Shown: one piece after another, positions 61,394 to 64,000 of the stretch
Position numbering within the stretch: the first letter of the stretch is position 1
Layout of the letters: the number at the start of each line of letters is the position of its first letter
NCBI GenBank assembly: GCA_024679065.1
Contig: JAGIQG010000004.1
Span: 99,944,001-100,008,000, forward strand
DNA: 64,000 bases
DNA from: Sphyrna mokarran
Taxonomy: Eukaryota
Direction of reading: 5' to 3'
Notes under the pieces: generated by a model
Databases searched by the model: none
Seen by the model: only the letters and a program-made list of their open reading frames with translations
What the model was told of the DNA's origin: nothing
Program-made: the position numbers and the translations under genes

Positions 61394-62243
61394 ATTATCT
61401 ATATATACGCACATCATCATATCAGTTCTCAAATTCACCTCCAGCAATCATATCATGGGCACCTTTGAAATATTTACAGAGAAAGGTAAATTGCGTAAAA
61501 TTGAATTCATTTACATTAGAAACCTACAAAGAAATAAAGAACCCATCAGCTCCAGACAGTGCAAGTGAAAATCTGAAAGCTCCTTGCCTTCCACAGCTTT
61601 CAGTAAATAAGTGATCTTACTAATAAGCAGGAAGGACAATTTCAAGATTTTATTCTAACCTGCAATTTCAGCTGATACTTACAAATCACTGATGTTTCAT
61701 TGTGCTGCACTAGGTAATGTTGATAGCCTGACAATTAGATTATAAGATGCATTCTCCACCATTCATCACCGTTGAAGATATGAATAAACAATTAGACCCC
61801 AATTTTCTTTCCTCAAATATTCTATTCAACAAAACAATACATTCAGGAACTGACTATCTACATTGGGATTAATATAGTGAATAGTCGCATCTCATCCCGT
61901 GAACAATGTTTACATGAGCCTACACAATGAGTGAAAGCTAGATAATTAAACTTTTGCTACTCGATATGTCCTTGCCTCGTTCTACAACTATTCCCCATGA
62001 TCCTCATCATCTCCTCCAGCAGATTCACTTCTTCACCTTCCTTAACACTCCTCAGGCTACCTGTCAGTGACTGTTTTTGCTCATAAGAAGCACCTTGGAG
62101 AATTTTGGTAGCATAAAGGTGCTCTATAATGGTAATATGCCATTATTTTCAAGCGTTGCAGACCTGAGATTAAATTAAATATAGACTGGAGATTAAACCT
62201 GAACTTCCTGCACCAAATGGCTAAGTTATTCACTGACTTATTG

Positions 62244-62692
62244 GATTTGATTTGATTTATTATTGTCACATGCATTAGCATACAGTGAAAAATATTGTTT
62301 CTTGTGTGCTACAGAGTCAAAGTATATTGTTCATTGACAAGGAAATGAGAGAGTGCAGAATGTAGTGTTACAGACATAGCTAGGTTGTAGAGAAAGATTA
62401 ACCTAATGCAAGTTAGGTCCATTCAAATGTCTAATGGCAGCAGAGAAGAAACTACTCTTGAGCTGGTTAATACATGTCCTCAGACTTTTGTATCTTTTTC
62501 TCGACAGAAGAAAGTGGAAGAGAAAATGTCTAGAGTGCATGGGGTCTTTAGTTGTGCTGACTGCCTAGCCAAGGCAGCAGGAACTATAGACAGAGTTAGT
62601 GAGTGGGAGGCTGACTTGTGTGATGGATTGGGGTACATTCATGACCTTTTGTAGTTTCTTGCGGTCTTGGGCAGAGCAGGAGCTATATCAAG
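62244..62692 (-). mobile_element. Rex1/Babar-type LINE 3' fragment
   Basis: GATTTGATTTGATTTATTATTGTCACATG; reverse complement of WYSSCSAQDRKKLQKV. Confidence 0.85.
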
Positions 62693-62768
62693 CTCATGAC
62701 ATTATCAGAGCAATACATAAAACAAAACAGATACTTGTTTGTAGTTCTACCCCAAAAATAGTTCGGGG

Positions 62769-63050
62769 TCATAGAATCCCACAGTACAGAAGGAGGTTGT
62801 TCGACTCATTGAGACTGCACCAACTACAATCCCACCCAGGCCTTATCCCCATAAACCCATGCATTTACCCTAGCTAGCCCCCTAACTGACATGGCCAATT
62901 TACCTAACCCGCACAACTTTGGACTGTGGGAGAAAACCTACACAGACATGGGGAGAACATACAGACTCCATACATACAGAGACCCAGAGTGGGGAATCGA
63001 ACCCGGGTCCCTGGCACTATGAGGCAGCAGTCATAACCACTGTGCCGACC
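62769..63050 (-). mobile_element. V-SINE type A
   Basis: CATAGAATCCCACAGTACAGAAGGAGG tail; GGGAATCGAACCCGGGTCCC B-box in reverse complement. Confidence 0.9.
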
Positions 63051-63387
63051 GAGTTGGACAGCAACAAATAAGGATCAATGACTGAAGTGCACAAAATTAA
63101 TGATCAATGCTAAGTTATTCTGTTAATTTATCTGGATTTGCTTCTGAAATTTGGAAATAAGTGACTACCGAGCTTTATTTATGACTCAATTGAAGTCATG
63201 ATTTCAAGTTTAGAGTGGGTCACCCTGACACATGTAAACAAAAAGGACTGTGTAAATTTCCTTTCATTTTTCAGTTAATAAACTACACTTCCAATTAACT
63301 CATTTTTTTTAAACTGCACTGGCTATATTTTTAACTAAACTTGTAGCTGCACTGGACTTACTGGTACACACTGTGTGGGATGACTTG

Positions 63388-63770
63388 GTAAGAAGTCTCA
63401 CAAAACCCAGGTTAGAGTCCAAACAGTTTACTTGATAGTAATCTCAAAGCTTTCGGAAACGGTGTTCCTTCATCAGATGTGTGGAAAGTTCTGATCAAGG
63501 GACGACTTCAGCTCTTTAGTACAATTCTTTTCATGTTAGGGACGTTGTTAGAGGTCAAAGCAAGATATCAATGCGATGATGTGATTATTCATGCTTACAT
63601 CATGTGCAATAGGTTGGAAATCTGTTTAAGTTTGCAAAGACACAAAACAATGGATTCCATTTTGTTATCGATGGCCGGGAGGAGAGGAATAAACTGGTTC
63701 TGGTTCTCAACAACAGCGCCATCTTGGTCAATAACTAGTCTCAAGCCAAGACAAAATTAACACTGCCACC
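63388..63770 (-). mobile_element. Penelope-like pLTR with minimal hammerhead motif
   Basis: GTAAGAAGTCTCACAAAACCCAGGTTAGAGTCC end; minus strand 63444-63482 reads CTGATGA-A-GGAA-CACCGT-TTCC-GAA-AGCT; right boundary uncertain. Confidence 0.72.
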
Positions 63771-64000
63771 TACACACTGAAATTTAGGTATAAAACCACA
63801 AGGTAAATGGAGGGCTTGGGGGAGGAGTTCAATCCTTCTGTCTTAATGCACATTGATCTGTCTCCTGAGCTGTATCATCACTTTCATTGCCTTGTTGAGT
63901 GGAAACAAATCATTGCAAGGAAAAATTGAAAGTAGAATCGTATACTAAAGGTCATTTCATAGTAGTCAGCCATGTGTCTGTCCGGATTTTACATCAGTGG

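Overview
Eukaryotic, repeat-rich vertebrate DNA. The repeat set (HE1-like V-SINEs, CR1, Rex-Babar, Penelope-like and Harbinger elements) points to an elasmobranch, probably a shark. The only host coding sequence is three spliced + strand exons (51399-51572, 53015-53151, 57471-57667) encoding the BTB domain and start of the BACK domain of a KLHL1/4/5-family kelch-like protein, best matching KLHL4. The first ~51 kb is most likely a very large upstream intron. Almost all ORF-track entries are transposon fragments or noise. Most notable observations: (i) a young CR1 LINE whose 3' UTR contains a promoter-crippled V-SINE; (ii) Harbinger-type MITEs found three times at the same TTA inside V-SINEs; (iii) a fragmented two-gene autonomous Harbinger fossil (DDE transposase plus intron-containing Myb/SANT gene) with many non-autonomous relatives; (iv) Penelope-like inverted pLTR insertions carrying minimal hammerhead ribozyme motifs, one a 129-bp-arm palindrome with a 14-bp TSD; (v) a SINE built from the 5' and 3' ends of an apparently ORF1-less LINE; (vi) two local templated duplications. 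Repeat boundaries were read by eye and are approximate unless a TSD or TIR is quoted. No database search was possible.
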